This document shows positions 9,637 through 21,009 of a DNA stretch of 64,000 nt, one piece after another. Position 1 is the stretch's first letter. Each line of letters opens with the position of its first letter. Source of the stretch: Leptospira sp. (GTDB taxonomy: Bacteria; Spirochaetota; Leptospiria; Leptospirales; Leptospiraceae); the NCBI GenBank assembly GCA_034439575.1, contig JAWXAQ010000012.1, forward strand, positions 1 through 64,000, in the 5' to 3' direction. Made by a program: the position numbers and the translations under genes. The notes under the pieces were generated by a model. It was not told the DNA's origin. It was given only the letters and a program-made list of their open reading frames with translations, and did no database searches.

Positions 9637-10500
9637 TTATTTTGATAGTTTCAAATCAGAGATGTCAAAAAACCTTCTGAACAATAATCCATTGACTGGC
9701 TTTTTCGTATCAAAGATCAAAACTGCAACTTTATTGAAAGATAAAAAGTTCGGTCTGAATTGAGTGTAGTGATGCGAAGTTATGGACGCCTGATACTTGT
9801 TATTGTAGATCGTATACGTATGCTTAGGCAGAGTATCATGAACTTGTTTCTTTCTTTCTTCAGGCGTCTGTGCGATATAATTATGCACTACTATTTTGTC
9901 AGGAGTAGGACCTGCTTCGCCAAAAAGTGTAAAGGGATGTGCCTTCGCTTGGTTTTTGCATAGATAATCCACAACTTCTGTGAAAGTTGGTTCTGGGATT
10001 TCTGCTTCGAAACCTTGCCAGTGCAATTTTTCCACTTCGGCAATTTTCTTTTTATAGGTTTCTTCGCCCCATACTTCTTTGGCAGTGACTGGAGTTGGCA
10101 TTACATTAGAAAAATATAGAGTTTTGGCTTCTTTTTTCGGATCGTATTTTCTCCATTCTGGATAAGGAACCACTCTTCGTTCCGCTTCGTTGATGGAATT
10201 TTTTTCGTGTGCTGCTAAAACATAAATTGCATAGTCATGGTTTTCCATAACTCGAGATTCGATTTCAACTAACACATCCAAGAACTCGCCACGACCTGTA
10301 TCTGCATGACGTTTCACAAAAGAAACCGTCTTCAATCGAATGCGTGGGTCATAAATGGAAAGAGGATAAAGGTCATGAACGTCTTTATTTTCCCCTTGTG
10401 AAATCGTTGTCCCGCTAGTTGTGGAAGCGGGCTGAGTGTCCTGTGCGTTTATTGCAAACGTGAGGAGTAATAGAGAAAGTAAGGTATATAGTTTTTTCAT
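9637..10500 (-). CDS. Hypothetical exported protein
   Basis: Signal peptide MKKLYTLLSLLLLTFAINA; 287 aa. Confidence 0.8.
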   Translation of the reverse strand: MKKLYTLLSLLLLTFAINAQDTQPASTTSGTTISQGENKDVHDLYPLSIYDPRIRLKTVSFVKRHADTGRGEFLDVLVEIESRVMENHDYAIYVLAAHEKNSINEAERRVVPYPEWRKYDPKKEAKTLYFSNVMPTPVTAKEVWGEETYKKKIAEVEKLHWQGFEAEIPEPTFTEVVDYLCKNQAKAHPFTLFGEAGPTPDKIVVHNYIAQTPEERKKQVHDTLPKHTYTIYNNKYQASITSHHYTQFRPNFLSFNKVAVLIFDTKKPVNGLLFRRFFDISDLKLSK

Positions 10501-10566
10501 GTTCCGACTACCGATTAGATTATGTAGTAAGTATCGAAGCTTTGGCCTAGAAAGATTAGGATAAGA

Positions 10567-10923
10567 TTAGGCTTTTTTCGGATGATTGTGCTCGTCCACG
10601 AAAACAATCTTTGGCTGGTAATGGGGCGGAAGCGAATCTTCGTCCACTTGGCCATATGTGATGATAATGACTTTGTCGCCTTTCATCCCTAATCTGGCGG
10701 CAGCTCCGTTCAGACATATAGTACCCGAACCACGTTTTCCCACAATCAAATAGGTCTCAAAGCGGGCGCCATTATTCACGTTCACGACGGAAACTTGTTC
10801 GAATGGACGCATTCCTGCCATATCCATCAAATCTTGGTCTACAGTAAGACTTCCTTCGTAATGGAGTTCTGCCTCTGTAACGACGGCACGGTGGATCTTA
10901 CCTTTGCAAATAGTGATCATCAT
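10567..10923 (-). CDS. panD: Aspartate 1-decarboxylase
   Basis: [15 protein letters not shown] self-cleavage site, [14 protein letters not shown]. Confidence 0.97.
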   Translation of the reverse strand: MMITICKGKIHRAVVTEAELHYEGSLTVDQDLMDMAGMRPFEQVSVVNVNNGARFETYLIVGKRGSGTICLNGAAARLGMKGDKVIIITYGQVDEDSLPPHYQPKIVFVDEHNHPKKA

Positions 10924-11456
10924 TCAGGGGACCTCTCAAATAAAACCCTAAACATTTTTCCCGATAGCTGTAAAAGGCTTTTTTGTATTAGAACATGGAT
11001 TTTCGTATTGATCCTATTTATGGCAAAGGGAATGGCTTCATAAAGAGGAGTGACGACATAATTTTCATATAAATTTGGATAATGACGGCTTTCATCTACC
11101 ACTTTTCCCCGAAAAGCTTCCACGACTTTCATCATAACCCGTTTTTCTTCTTTGGTCAAAATCAATCCTTCTAGAGGTTTTACGAAACGCAAAGTAAAGG
11201 CTTGGATCCCTTGGGCTGTGATGAGGGGCACTGTATCGATTGTGCCTTTTTCTATTAAAATAAGCAAGGCTTCGTTCAGTTTGACGGGATAGGGTGAGTC
11301 TTCTAAATGGATGTAGGTTCCACCCGTAATCATCCGAGCATGTTTTTGGAAATGAACTCCCTCTGAAAAATAAAGGAGTTTTGCCAAATCCAAACGGCTT
11401 CTACCGTTCGGAGATTTTTGCAGGATCCATAGAATTGCATGGCAAAGTTTCTCCAT
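10920..11456 (-). CDS. Panacea (DUF4065/SocA-like) domain protein
   Basis: LAKLLYF...H....ITG..Y......PYP resembles the KLxYY...GPV Panacea signature; stop overlaps the panD start. Confidence 0.7.
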   Translation of the reverse strand: MEKLCHAILWILQKSPNGRSRLDLAKLLYFSEGVHFQKHARMITGGTYIHLEDSPYPVKLNEALLILIEKGTIDTVPLITAQGIQAFTLRFVKPLEGLILTKEEKRVMMKVVEAFRGKVVDESRHYPNLYENYVVTPLYEAIPFAINRINTKIHVLIQKSLLQLSGKMFRVLFERSPE

Positions 11457-12101
11457 TCTAAACTATTTCCTTCCTTTGCACTAAGTCATCCCATTTCATA
11501 CGATCGTTATCTTATATTCCAAGATAAGGCCAGAAAACATAGAAGGGAATCCATACTTTTTTTGGAACACTATCCATGTTTAACAGGAGGGATAGGGGCG
11601 AAAGCCGAAAATCTCCTGAGTGATCTAGAATCCTTGCAGAAGGCGGGCATAAGTCTTGTCCAAATACAGCGCGGTGGGGATTATACCGCTCATGAACCTG
11701 GCCAAATTGTAGGTTACTTGCACATTGACTTGCGCCAAAGGAATAAACAATTGGGGGATTTTCTGAGTTCCTTCACAATTTCGATTCGAAATGCATGCCT
11801 TGAGATTTGGGGGCTGGAACTTGTGGAAAATCGAACAGCGCCAGGATTGTATTTAAAGCAAACACCTGAAAAAAAGTTGGTATCCATTGGCGTTTATGCC
11901 AAATCCTATTTTACGAGTTTCGGTTTTGCGTTAAATGGAGTGAATGATCTTTCTACGTTTCGGCACATCCATCCTTGTGGTGGCCTTTTTTCAAATGTGG
12001 TAAATCTTTCGAATTGCGGGCTTATCAAAGATTGGGAGAAAGAAAAATTTAGGTTTATGGGAGCCTTCCAATTTCACTTTGATCAGCTATTTTCTCGCTG
12101 A
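11439..12101 (+). CDS. lipB: Octanoyltransferase
   Basis: LEHYP, RGGDYTAHEPGQ, KLVSIG, GFALN, IHPCG. Confidence 0.92.
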   Translation: MAKFLHSKLFPSFALSHPISYDRYLIFQDKARKHRRESILFLEHYPCLTGGIGAKAENLLSDLESLQKAGISLVQIQRGGDYTAHEPGQIVGYLHIDLRQRNKQLGDFLSSFTISIRNACLEIWGLELVENRTAPGLYLKQTPEKKLVSIGVYAKSYFTSFGFALNGVNDLSTFRHIHPCGGLFSNVVNLSNCGLIKDWEKEKFRFMGAFQFHFDQLFSR

Positions 12102-12168
12102 TTTTACATAAAATTCGTCACTTTGGTTTTGTTTTCTGACCGAAAATAATTTTAGGAGGACTTCTCAT

Positions 12169-13125
12169 ATGTTTGTCCTAAGATCTGTTATTTATTTTAT
12201 ACTTTTATTTTTTATGTTTGAAGCTGTCGCACTAAGTGCTGTTTTGTGGTCTTTTTACGAATCAACGCAAAACTCATTAAAACAGGAACTTCTTCTTGCA
12301 GATCATAGGGCTCGTGACTTCACTCTTGCTATTGCTAAGGCATCTGAACTAAGGCTAAATACAAACGGATACGCTGAATTAAATACGACTTATGCTCGTT
12401 ACGTGGAAGTTACATCAAAAGATCCAGAAAAATTTCTATTAAAGAAAATTAGACTTTATAGTCCTGAAGGTTTGCTTTTATCTTCTTCTGATGCTACAGA
12501 AGTCAAAGAAGAATTATCAAAACGTAAACCTAATGTTGAGTTAACGAAAGAAACTTATTTTCGTAAAGCATTGAGAATGAAAAAATGGGAATGGCCAGAT
12601 GAAGATCGAGATGTAAAATCCAATGCCAAAGATACCTTTCCTGAATTACCAAAGTATGCTTCTATCATTTTGAAGTTTTTTCCATTAGCACGAGTGAATG
12701 AAACAACTACGTATGCGCCTGTGTATCATGAAGTTAAATTGGATGTGATGGGAGCTGTATTTGTGATTTATGAAAGAGCCAATTTAACTTTATTATTTGA
12801 AAATCAATTTAGTTTATTAAAATGGATGTTTGTGAATTATAGTTTGATCGCACTTGTACTTTCTATTTTGTTATGGGGACTCTTTTTTCTATTTCAAGTT
12901 TTTTCTAAAAAGGAAGGAAGAGAAATAAATCAAAGTCCTGAACATATAACAACAGAAAACGCTAATTTGCCACTGCTTCAAATAAAGACTGTCAGCCAAG
13001 CTACAGAAGAAATTTCAGAATTAAAACAAGTTGAGCCCGAGACCATAACTAACATTTCAGAATCTAAGAGGGATATGATGAATCCTTCTGACAAAGAAGT
13101 ATTGGATGCTATTTTTCTAGGATAA
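12169..13125 (+). CDS. Hypothetical membrane protein (2 TM, periplasmic domain)
   Basis: AGGAGG RBS; two hydrophobic segments flanking about 190 aa. Confidence 0.8.
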   Translation: MFVLRSVIYFILLFFMFEAVALSAVLWSFYESTQNSLKQELLLADHRARDFTLAIAKASELRLNTNGYAELNTTYARYVEVTSKDPEKFLLKKIRLYSPEGLLLSSSDATEVKEELSKRKPNVELTKETYFRKALRMKKWEWPDEDRDVKSNAKDTFPELPKYASIILKFFPLARVNETTTYAPVYHEVKLDVMGAVFVIYERANLTLLFENQFSLLKWMFVNYSLIALVLSILLWGLFFLFQVFSKKEGREINQSPEHITTENANLPLLQIKTVSQATEEISELKQVEPETITNISESKRDMMNPSDKEVLDAIFLG

Positions 13126-13130
13126 ATTTT

Positions 13131-14012
13131 ATGCAAATATCAGATCAAAAAATATTTTCTATCCAATTGAAAGGTGCTCTTGATGGGGCAAGTTCTGAGG
13201 ATTTACTTTCTTATATCAAAGCACAGTTAGAGCTTGGTTACACTCGGTTTTTATTTAATTTTAATCATGTTCAATTTATCACATCAAATGGAATCAGCAC
13301 CTTAATCAAAATTCAAAAAATGATGAATGAGAATTCTGGTTTATCATTTGTATTTTATGGTTTGAAGGAAGAAGTAGAAAATGTTTTAAATTTACTTGGA
13401 TTATACAAAAAACTGCCAATCAAAAAAACTTTACAGGATGCAGAAGTTTATTTGCGTTCTGTGAATGTTTCGACAAAAATAACTCCTTCAGAGTCTAGGG
13501 TAATGACACCGAACACTCCCTCTGAGAATTTAAAATTTTATTATTCAGGCATTCCCAAAGGTATGAGCAGAGAGGATAATTTAAAAGTCTCTAGTTTAGA
13601 ACCCATTTCTATTAAAGAAAATCAAAAGACTGAAATTATATCCGAACAACTCAATAAAGTGGAGACTCACGTCAAAGAAATTCCGGCTATGGAAAAATTA
13701 TTGGAGGATAAACTTTCTTCACTGCGGAATGAAATAAAGGATGCCCTTTCTCAAGAACTAGAAAAAAGATTATCTCATGTAAAGGTCGCTTCAACAAATT
13801 TGGATGAAGTGAGAATGGGTAGCTTACCTAGTTACATTCAAACCAAAAACAAAAAGACTGATTTAAATTTTGAAAAAATATTCCCATGTGAGGCTTGTGG
13901 TGCAAAACTTCGAGTTAAAAAAGTCGGAGCGCATCAATGTCCGCTATGTAAAACAGAAGTGTATGTTAATACCGCTGGAAATACTCGATTTATAGAAAAG
14001 TTTAATTCTTGA
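13131..14012 (+). CDS. STAS domain protein with C-terminal Zn ribbon
   Basis: LKGALD, VQFITSNGISTL (STAS); CEAC...CPLC at the C-terminus. Confidence 0.85.
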   Translation: MQISDQKIFSIQLKGALDGASSEDLLSYIKAQLELGYTRFLFNFNHVQFITSNGISTLIKIQKMMNENSGLSFVFYGLKEEVENVLNLLGLYKKLPIKKTLQDAEVYLRSVNVSTKITPSESRVMTPNTPSENLKFYYSGIPKGMSREDNLKVSSLEPISIKENQKTEIISEQLNKVETHVKEIPAMEKLLEDKLSSLRNEIKDALSQELEKRLSHVKVASTNLDEVRMGSLPSYIQTKNKKTDLNFEKIFPCEACGAKLRVKKVGAHQCPLCKTEVYVNTAGNTRFIEKFNS

Positions 14013-14022
14013 TTCTCATTTT

Positions 14023-15639
14023 ATGAAAAACAAAAGCGAAACCGAAGGCCAAGTTTCTAGTACGAGACGAAGCCTTGCTTTATCATTTTATACTTTCTTA
14101 TCAAGGATCTTAGGTCTTGTCCGAGACCATTTTATGGCTGTTAGTTTTGGAACTGGGATGGTCGCCTCTGCTTTCAGTGTAGCCTACAGATTACCAAATA
14201 TGTTTCGAAATTTACTCGCGGAAGGGACTCTTTCCCAATCTTTTATGCCCATATTTTCGGAATATGAAGCTATGGGTGTTACGGAAGCTAGGGTGATGGC
14301 AGGAACTGTGCTTAGCTTTTTGTTTTTATGTTTGTCTTTGTTTGTGGCGGGTTTTTGGTTTTTTGCGGCTCAGTTTTTACCAGCATTAGTTGGTGGGACT
14401 TTAGAATATGGAAATCTAGTCGTAGATTTATCATTGGTACTATTTTTTCTCATCATGACCGCGAGTTTATCTTCCATTTTTATGTCGATTTCGAACTCCC
14501 ATCATAAATATTTTATCCCTTCTTTATCACCAATTATACTTAACTTTAGTTATCTGATAGTTTTTATATTCTTTTTCCCTTATATCGGAGAACTAAAAGA
14601 GAAGGTGTTTACTTTAGCATATGGAATTGTCATAGGTGGCATTTTGCAATTGTTAGTTCAAGCAACCTTTGTTTATCGTTTGGGTTTTGGCCCGATATTT
14701 CGTTTGAATTTCAAACATCCTGCCATCAAAAAGATTTTTGTTCTTATGATTCCAGCCGCACTCGGTGGAAGTTTCTATCAAATTGGATTGTTAATTGATA
14801 TATTTTTGGCAAATTATATTCAAAATCAAAATCCAGGACTTGGTGCCGTTGTGAGTTTAGATTATGCTCAGCGTTTGGTGCAACTTCCCACAGGTATCAT
14901 TGGAGTGGCATTAGCTACTACAATTCTTCCATCCCTACTCAAAGATTTGCGCGCGGGCGAGATTGAAAAAGTTCCGAGTGAGATATTGGATGTTTTAAGT
15001 TTTTGTTTTTATCTGACAATTCCTGCCGCGATCGGATTATCAATATTAGGCGAGACGGTTATCGATGCCATTTATTTTGGTGGAAAATGGGATGCTCTTG
15101 CCACCCAAACTGCATTTGTGCCACTTATATTTTATTCTATGGCCATTCCTTTTTATAGTGCCAACAAAGTTCTCGTTTCATCCTACTATGCGTTTCAAGA
15201 TACGAAAACTCCCTTAAGAGTTCAATTGGTATCATTTTTATTTAGCATCATAATGAGTCTTTCGTTTATGTTTCTCTTAAAACATGGAGCGATAGCCCTG
15301 TCTTCTGCAGTCTCTGCATCGATCACATCTTGTTTGTTAGTTTTTTTTCTCATCCGTCATAAAGTGCATATTCCTTGGAAATCTTTATCAAAACGACTGA
15401 TGGCAATGTTAGTTCCATTTGCTGGTTTAACATTTTATTTAATTTTCTGCGAACTTCTTATAAAACAAAAACTACTCTATAGATTGGAACTCAATTTTTC
15501 CCATTCCAGTGCATCTAGGATTTATTTAATCTTTACAATCATGCCTGCTATTCTGATATTTTTTGGACTTTCATTTATGGTAAAGTTAAAGGAATCGGAA
15601 ATCTTTTTAGGCAAGTTATTTAGGAAAAAATTCAAATAG
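14023..15639 (+). CDS. murJ: Lipid II flippase MurJ (MviN)
   Basis: SRILGLVRD, AYRLPNMFRNLLAEG, RLVQLPTG, FQDTKTP. Confidence 0.96.
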   Translation: MKNKSETEGQVSSTRRSLALSFYTFLSRILGLVRDHFMAVSFGTGMVASAFSVAYRLPNMFRNLLAEGTLSQSFMPIFSEYEAMGVTEARVMAGTVLSFLFLCLSLFVAGFWFFAAQFLPALVGGTLEYGNLVVDLSLVLFFLIMTASLSSIFMSISNSHHKYFIPSLSPIILNFSYLIVFIFFFPYIGELKEKVFTLAYGIVIGGILQLLVQATFVYRLGFGPIFRLNFKHPAIKKIFVLMIPAALGGSFYQIGLLIDIFLANYIQNQNPGLGAVVSLDYAQRLVQLPTGIIGVALATTILPSLLKDLRAGEIEKVPSEILDVLSFCFYLTIPAAIGLSILGETVIDAIYFGGKWDALATQTAFVPLIFYSMAIPFYSANKVLVSSYYAFQDTKTPLRVQLVSFLFSIIMSLSFMFLLKHGAIALSSAVSASITSCLLVFFLIRHKVHIPWKSLSKRLMAMLVPFAGLTFYLIFCELLIKQKLLYRLELNFSHSSASRIYLIFTIMPAILIFFGLSFMVKLKESEIFLGKLFRKKFK

Positions 15640-15686
15640 GAATATGAGTCGAATTCGCTTGTTAGACGAATTCGATAATATTTTGT

Positions 15687-16064
15687 TTAAGTGAAACTAT
15701 AAGCCCAGTATAAAAGTGGAATTTGAAGAGGTAATCTAAGGAGGAGTAACCATTTTGGAGGATCTTTTTTTGTCCTTGATTTGAAATGGTAATAATTTGC
15801 AGGCCAAACGGCAAGTAAAAGTAAAAATATTCCCCAAGCCGCATAACTTCTTGTCATATTCGGAAATAATAATATTCCAAAAATGATTTCGACAGCACCA
15901 CTAATAAAATTAGCATATTTTGGATAAGGAACCCATTTAGGTACAATTCTTAAAAAGAATTTTGGGATTAAAAAATGTGCAAATCCTGCCGATATAAAGA
16001 ATCCTGCAAAGATATACATATCTGGGCGAATTAAACTCCAGCTAACATTAAATAATTCATTCAT
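15687..16064 (-). CDS. DoxX-like membrane protein
   Basis: AGFAHF, SGAVEI, VWPAN, LRLPLQ; likely start is ATG 16064 overlapping the ileS stop (ATGA). Confidence 0.8.
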   Translation of the reverse strand: MNELFNVSWSLIRPDMYIFAGFFISAGFAHFLIPKFFLRIVPKWVPYPKYANFISGAVEIIFGILLFPNMTRSYAAWGIFLLLLAVWPANYYHFKSRTKKDPPKWLLLLRLPLQIPLLYWAYSFT

Positions 16065-18811
16065 GCGATGGCTCCTTGGCATCTATTACAAAGATCCCCT
16101 TCGTTTTTGATTTCTATCGTATGGCGCCAACAACGAGGGCATTCTGGTTCTATGGGTTTAACGACTTGGATTTTGAATTTTTCCGTAGTAACAACTGATA
16201 ATTCATTTTCACGACTTAACTCAGAAAAGTCTACTTGTGATACCACAAAGAAAAGTGCTAAATCTTCTTTCGAAAATTGAAGTAATTGCTTGTTATCTGG
16301 TTGAATTGAAGTTAGATGAAGTTTCGCTTCCAGAGATTTTCCGATTTTACCTTTTTGGCGTGCTTCTTCGAGCGCTTTTTGTACAGATTCTTTTGTTTCA
16401 AAAATAATTGATAATTCATTTTCTAATTCAGAATTTTTGTAAGAATTTAAGTTCGGAAAGTCATGAAAGAATACAGAATCAGAATGCCCAAATTCTTTCC
16501 ATACTTCTTCAGCAGTAAACGAAAGAATCGGTGCAATAAGTAGTGCCAATGTTTGAAGTATTTGAGCCAAAGCAAATTCAGACGACTTACGTACCTTAGA
16601 CGATCTATTTTCACAATACATACGATCACGAATGATTTCGAAATAGTCTTGAGATAGATCTACTGTGCAAAATAATAAAAGTTTTTGATAGACTTGGTGA
16701 AATTGGTAACTTGAATAATATTTTTGAATTTCTTCACTCAAATGATTTAAACGACTTAAAAAATACGCATCAACTTTGTCTAAATCTTTCAAATCAGAAA
16801 AATGGTTCAGCGCACTTTTGTTGGTATTTCCAAGTAAGTAGCGGAATGTGTTTCTTATCTTTCTATAAGTTTCTGCAACAATTTTGATGGAATCCTTTCC
16901 GACTTTCACATCATCCCGAAAATCTTGTGTTGATACCCAAAGTCTGAGAATATCAGCCCCATATTGATTGATGATATCTGTTGTGGGATTGATCACATTG
17001 CCAAGGGACTTGGACATGGCATGACCTTTTTCATCTAACACATAACCATGAGTCAATACCGATTTATAAGGGGGAACTCCTCGTATCGCCATTGATGGCC
17101 AAAGGGAAGACTGAAACCAACCTCTATGTTGGTCGGAACCTTCTAAATATAAATCGGCAGGCTCTTTATTTAAAGAGTCACCAAATACGGAGAAGCTGGA
17201 AACCCCTGAATCAAACCAAACATCTAAAATATCTTTGTCTTGTTTGAGGTCGGTTGATCCACATGATTCACATTTTGTCCCTTCTGGAAGAAGTTCACTT
17301 GCGGGTTTTTCATACCAAACTTCGATCCCTTCTTTTTTGACAATTTGTATAAAGTGAGAAATGGTTTTTGCAGTTAAGTGAGTGTGGCTACACTGATTGC
17401 ACGTGAAAGAAGGAATAGGGACTCCCCAATTTCTTTGTCTCGACAAACACCAGTCAGGTCTAGTCTCCACCATAGAACGAATACGAGAGATCCCCCATTC
17501 AGGAATCCACTCAACTTTATCGATCGCCTTTAATGACTTTTCTCGTAATGAATCATGATCAATGGAAAAAAACCATTGAGGTGTGGCTCGGAATATTAAA
17601 GGCTTTTTACTTCGCCAACTATGTGGATAAGAGTGAACAAATTCAGAATAATGAACTAACATATTCTTTTCACGAAGTAAGTCGATGATTTTGGGATTCG
17701 CATCCCATATTTTGATACCTTTCATCATTGGAAATTCGTCCGTATAACGACCGTAATCGTCTACGGGAGAAAAAGTATCCAAACCTGCCGCAGATCCGAC
17801 ACGGTAGTCATCCGTTCCGTGACCTGGAGCTGTATGAACGCAACCTGTTCCTGCATCAAGGGTGACATGTGGTCCGAAAAGAGGAATCGATTTTTGATCT
17901 AAGAAAGGATGCAAAAAAACCATTTTACTAAGCTCATCGGATGTAAATTTTTTAACAAAAGTTAATGTGATGCCTGTTTTTGAGCTTACACTTTCGGCAA
18001 GTCCTTCCGCGATAATTAATTTACCATGTCCATCTGTTTCATACAATGCATATGGAAGATCATGATTAAAGCATATTGCTAAGTTAGCTGGTAGCGTCCA
18101 AGGAGTTGTTGTCCAAATTAAACAATAACTATCTATTTCACCAAGGATTGGAAACTTAACATAGATAGAAGGTGAGGTATGGTTTTGGTATTCGATTTCT
18201 GCTTCTGCGTGAGCAGTTGCTAAATCAATGCACCAATACACAGGTTTTTTACCTTTATAAACATATCCTTTTTCAAAGAGCTGACCAAAAACCTCAACAA
18301 TCTTTGCTTCAAATTCTGGAGCCATGGTTAAATACTTTTTGTCTTCTTCCCAAAAACATAGGAAACGACTTAAGTCTTCGCCTTGTTTGGTGACAAACTC
18401 ATTCGCATATTCGCGACATTTTTTTCTAAGTTCAGTCGGAGATGTATTTCTTGCTTCTTTACCTAAATTTTTTAATACTTGAACTTCAATCGGTAGGCCA
18501 TGACAATCCCAACCTGGAATCATATCGGTATGAAACCCTGCCATGGTTTTTGATTTTACGATTTGGTCTTTTAGGATTTTATTTAATGAATGGCCAACGT
18601 GAAAATTTCCATTCGCATAAGGTGGCCCATCGTGCAAAACAAAACTCGGTTTGTTTTTGCGAATTTCTTTCATCTTCGCAAAAGTTTTGTTAGTTTGCCA
18701 TTCTTTAATTTGTTTTGGTTCCCTAGAAGCAAGGTCTGCTTTCATAGGGAAGTTAGTTTGCGGTAGAGCTACCGTTTTTGAGTACGGGTTTTCCGATTCC
18801 GATTTGGCCAT
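16061..18811 (-). CDS. ileS: Isoleucine--tRNA ligase
   Basis: [27 protein letters not shown]-terminal Zn finger CPRC..CNRC. Confidence 0.98.
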   Translation of the reverse strand: MAKSESENPYSKTVALPQTNFPMKADLASREPKQIKEWQTNKTFAKMKEIRKNKPSFVLHDGPPYANGNFHVGHSLNKILKDQIVKSKTMAGFHTDMIPGWDCHGLPIEVQVLKNLGKEARNTSPTELRKKCREYANEFVTKQGEDLSRFLCFWEEDKKYLTMAPEFEAKIVEVFGQLFEKGYVYKGKKPVYWCIDLATAHAEAEIEYQNHTSPSIYVKFPILGEIDSYCLIWTTTPWTLPANLAICFNHDLPYALYETDGHGKLIIAEGLAESVSSKTGITLTFVKKFTSDELSKMVFLHPFLDQKSIPLFGPHVTLDAGTGCVHTAPGHGTDDYRVGSAAGLDTFSPVDDYGRYTDEFPMMKGIKIWDANPKIIDLLREKNMLVHYSEFVHSYPHSWRSKKPLIFRATPQWFFSIDHDSLREKSLKAIDKVEWIPEWGISRIRSMVETRPDWCLSRQRNWGVPIPSFTCNQCSHTHLTAKTISHFIQIVKKEGIEVWYEKPASELLPEGTKCESCGSTDLKQDKDILDVWFDSGVSSFSVFGDSLNKEPADLYLEGSDQHRGWFQSSLWPSMAIRGVPPYKSVLTHGYVLDEKGHAMSKSLGNVINPTTDIINQYGADILRLWVSTQDFRDDVKVGKDSIKIVAETYRKIRNTFRYLLGNTNKSALNHFSDLKDLDKVDAYFLSRLNHLSEEIQKYYSSYQFHQVYQKLLLFCTVDLSQDYFEIIRDRMYCENRSSKVRKSSEFALAQILQTLALLIAPILSFTAEEVWKEFGHSDSVFFHDFPNLNSYKNSELENELSIIFETKESVQKALEEARQKGKIGKSLEAKLHLTSIQPDNKQLLQFSKEDLALFFVVSQVDFSELSRENELSVVTTEKFKIQVVKPIEPECPRCWRHTIEIKNEGDLCNRCQGAIA

Positions 18812-18873
18812 GATAAGACCAATGTCTTAAAACTATGCCTTTCGGAAAACGGAAAAAATACCAAAGTTTCAGC

Positions 18874-19506
18874 TTAGAGTTTGATTCGGACTCCTGGAAG
18901 CTCATCTCTGAGTCTTACCACATCTGATTTTTCAAATGGAACTTTTTGAAGGAATAACTCTTTTAAAAATGATAATTTGGATAAATTTTTGGGAAGGCTC
19001 TTTAGGTTACGAAGTAGGGTCAAATCTAGAATTTGTAAATTTGGCATTTGTGCTAAAACTTCTACATCGGCCTCTGTTAAACTAACCTGTGTTTCATCTA
19101 AGGCAAGGGTTCTTAGTTTTTTTAGTTTTGGTAAAAAAGTCGGAACTTTGGTAAGTTTGGTTCTACCAAGTAACAATATCTCCAAATTTTCTAAATTTTC
19201 CATAGACTCTGGAAGATTTGAGATTGGGTTACCAAATAAATTTAAAATTCTGAGTGAAGATAAATTTCCAAGTTCAGTCGGAATTTCTGTTAAAGAATCA
19301 TATTGCAGAGTGAGTTCTTCTACATTTTTTAAGGTTCCTATGGAGGCAGGTAATGTCCCTAATTCTTTTTTTGAGAGGTTGATAATTTTTTCTGTTTTGT
19401 TTTCTTGGATCCAATCTTCGATATTTATGCTCTCTTTCGCGCAAGAGACAAAAAACAAAAAGGTTAAGCTGGGCAGGATCAATTTTAAAAAAGAAATTTT
19501 AAACAT
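18874..19506 (-). CDS. Leucine-rich-repeat lipoprotein
   Basis: Lipobox FVSC; 23-aa LxxLxLxxNxLxxLP repeats. Confidence 0.9.
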   Translation of the reverse strand: MFKISFLKLILPSLTFLFFVSCAKESINIEDWIQENKTEKIINLSKKELGTLPASIGTLKNVEELTLQYDSLTEIPTELGNLSSLRILNLFGNPISNLPESMENLENLEILLLGRTKLTKVPTFLPKLKKLRTLALDETQVSLTEADVEVLAQMPNLQILDLTLLRNLKSLPKNLSKLSFLKELFLQKVPFEKSDVVRLRDELPGVRIKL

Positions 19507-19764
19507 AAATCATACTATATTTAACTCGGATTCTTTTTGGCAAGTAAGGATTTTTTATCTTTTTGAAGAATGCAGTTTGTATTAGGATAAAAATATTGGT
19601 GAAATAACTCGGAGAATATAGACTAACGGTAGTATTGTGATTTGACAATTGTTGAATTGAGATAACATTCGTAAAATTTAACATTGATCCATTTTGATTC
19701 AAATAAAAAATATAAAAATTAAATTCTATACAACGTCTATATACATAAGAGGAAGTGAATTAAG

Positions 19765-20685
19765 ATGGCAATCATAAAGTATTCTATAGATAGAAAGGTA
19801 CTAAACACAATAGAAAAAGAATCTATTTTAGAATGTTCTCTTCGTAATGAAATCCCCCACAAACATGCCTGTGGTGGAAAGGCAAGATGTTCCACATGCC
19901 GCGTTTTAATTCTTGAAGGATTGGAAAATTGCCCTCCAAGGAACGAAGCAGAAGAAAAATTAGCTATCTCTAAAGGATTGGAGGCTAACATCCGTCTTGC
20001 GTGTCAAACCATTCCTACAGGAACAGTTCATCTTCGCCGTTTAGTTATGGATGAGGAAGATGAAGAAATTGCAAGAACGCAAACGATAGGAATTCATGGG
20101 AAAGAAAAAGAGATTGCCGTCTTATTTAGCGACATTCGAGGATTTACGACATTCTCCGAAAACAATCTCCCTTACGATGTGATCCATATATTAAATCGAT
20201 ATTTCAAAAAAATCGGGGATGTGATACTAACTCATAATGGATACATTGATAAGTACATAGGCGATGGAATTATGGTGCTCTTTGGTGCGAGTGGAAATTT
20301 GTCTAAAGAACAAATCTGTGAAAATGCTATACTTTCCGCATTGGATATGTTAAGTGAACTTAAAAAATTAAATGAATATTTGAGCCTTACTTTTGAAACT
20401 AAATTTAGTATAGGTATTGGGATTCATTTTGGTGAAGTGATTCTCGGCGAAATTGGACATCCTAGTAAAGTGCAAATGACTGCTATCGGTGACAATGTGA
20501 ATCTCGCCAGTCGGATTGAGCAGGCGACAAAATCTGCCAAAGCAGAATTGCTCGTGAGTGAAGAAGTAAAACAAATTTTGGGTGAAAGACTACAAATAGG
20601 AAGACGATTTAAAACAGAAATTAAAGGAAAAACAGGAATATATAAACTAACAGAGGTTCTTGGATTGACGTCAAATAGGACTTAA
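19765..20685 (+). CDS. [2Fe-2S] ferredoxin - class III adenylate/guanylate cyclase fusion
   Basis: CGGKARCSTC...RLAC; DIRGFT, DKYIGDG, TAIGDNVNLASR. Confidence 0.93.
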   Translation: MAIIKYSIDRKVLNTIEKESILECSLRNEIPHKHACGGKARCSTCRVLILEGLENCPPRNEAEEKLAISKGLEANIRLACQTIPTGTVHLRRLVMDEEDEEIARTQTIGIHGKEKEIAVLFSDIRGFTTFSENNLPYDVIHILNRYFKKIGDVILTHNGYIDKYIGDGIMVLFGASGNLSKEQICENAILSALDMLSELKKLNEYLSLTFETKFSIGIGIHFGEVILGEIGHPSKVQMTAIGDNVNLASRIEQATKSAKAELLVSEEVKQILGERLQIGRRFKTEIKGKTGIYKLTEVLGLTSNRT

Positions 20686-21009
20686 AGTTAATCCAGTGAA
20701 ATTTTCTTCACTTTTTGTTTGAATTAAAAAGGACGTTAGTTTAAGAATTTTTAAAATTCTTTGTACGCTTTTACTTGTATTTAATAAATAAATTTCTTTC
20801 CCCAGTTTTTTTTGCTTCATCTTCTTTTGTAATAAGATACCAAGAACCGCCGATGACACTTCTTCGACTTCTGAAAAATCCAAAAATAAATGTTTGTTTG
20901 TGTTTTGAAGTAAATACTCAAGCTCACTTTCGAAGGTTCCCATGGAGAGGATATCTAGTGATTTAGTTTCTACTTTATACACATAGGTTTTTTCTGTTTC
21001 TGTTATCAT
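20671..21009 (-). CDS. STAS domain protein (anti-sigma antagonist-like)
   Basis: LDFSEVEEVSSAVLG, IYLLN...VQRILKILKL. Confidence 0.85.
   Translation of the reverse strand: MITETEKTYVYKVETKSLDILSMGTFESELEYLLQNTNKHLFLDFSEVEEVSSAVLGILLQKKMKQKKLGKEIYLLNTSKSVQRILKILKLTSFLIQTKSEENFTGLTLSPI

Noticed and set aside
10567-11456. Complete type II toxin-antitoxin module
   Set aside because: Both neighbours of the Panacea-like gene are housekeeping enzymes (panD, lipB); no toxin ORF is present
18977-19585. 202-aa antisense ORF
   Set aside because: Shadow of the LRR lipoprotein; the same applies to 22111..22641, 23223..23591, 25279..25653, 63149..63538 and the other short ORFs nested in well-supported genes
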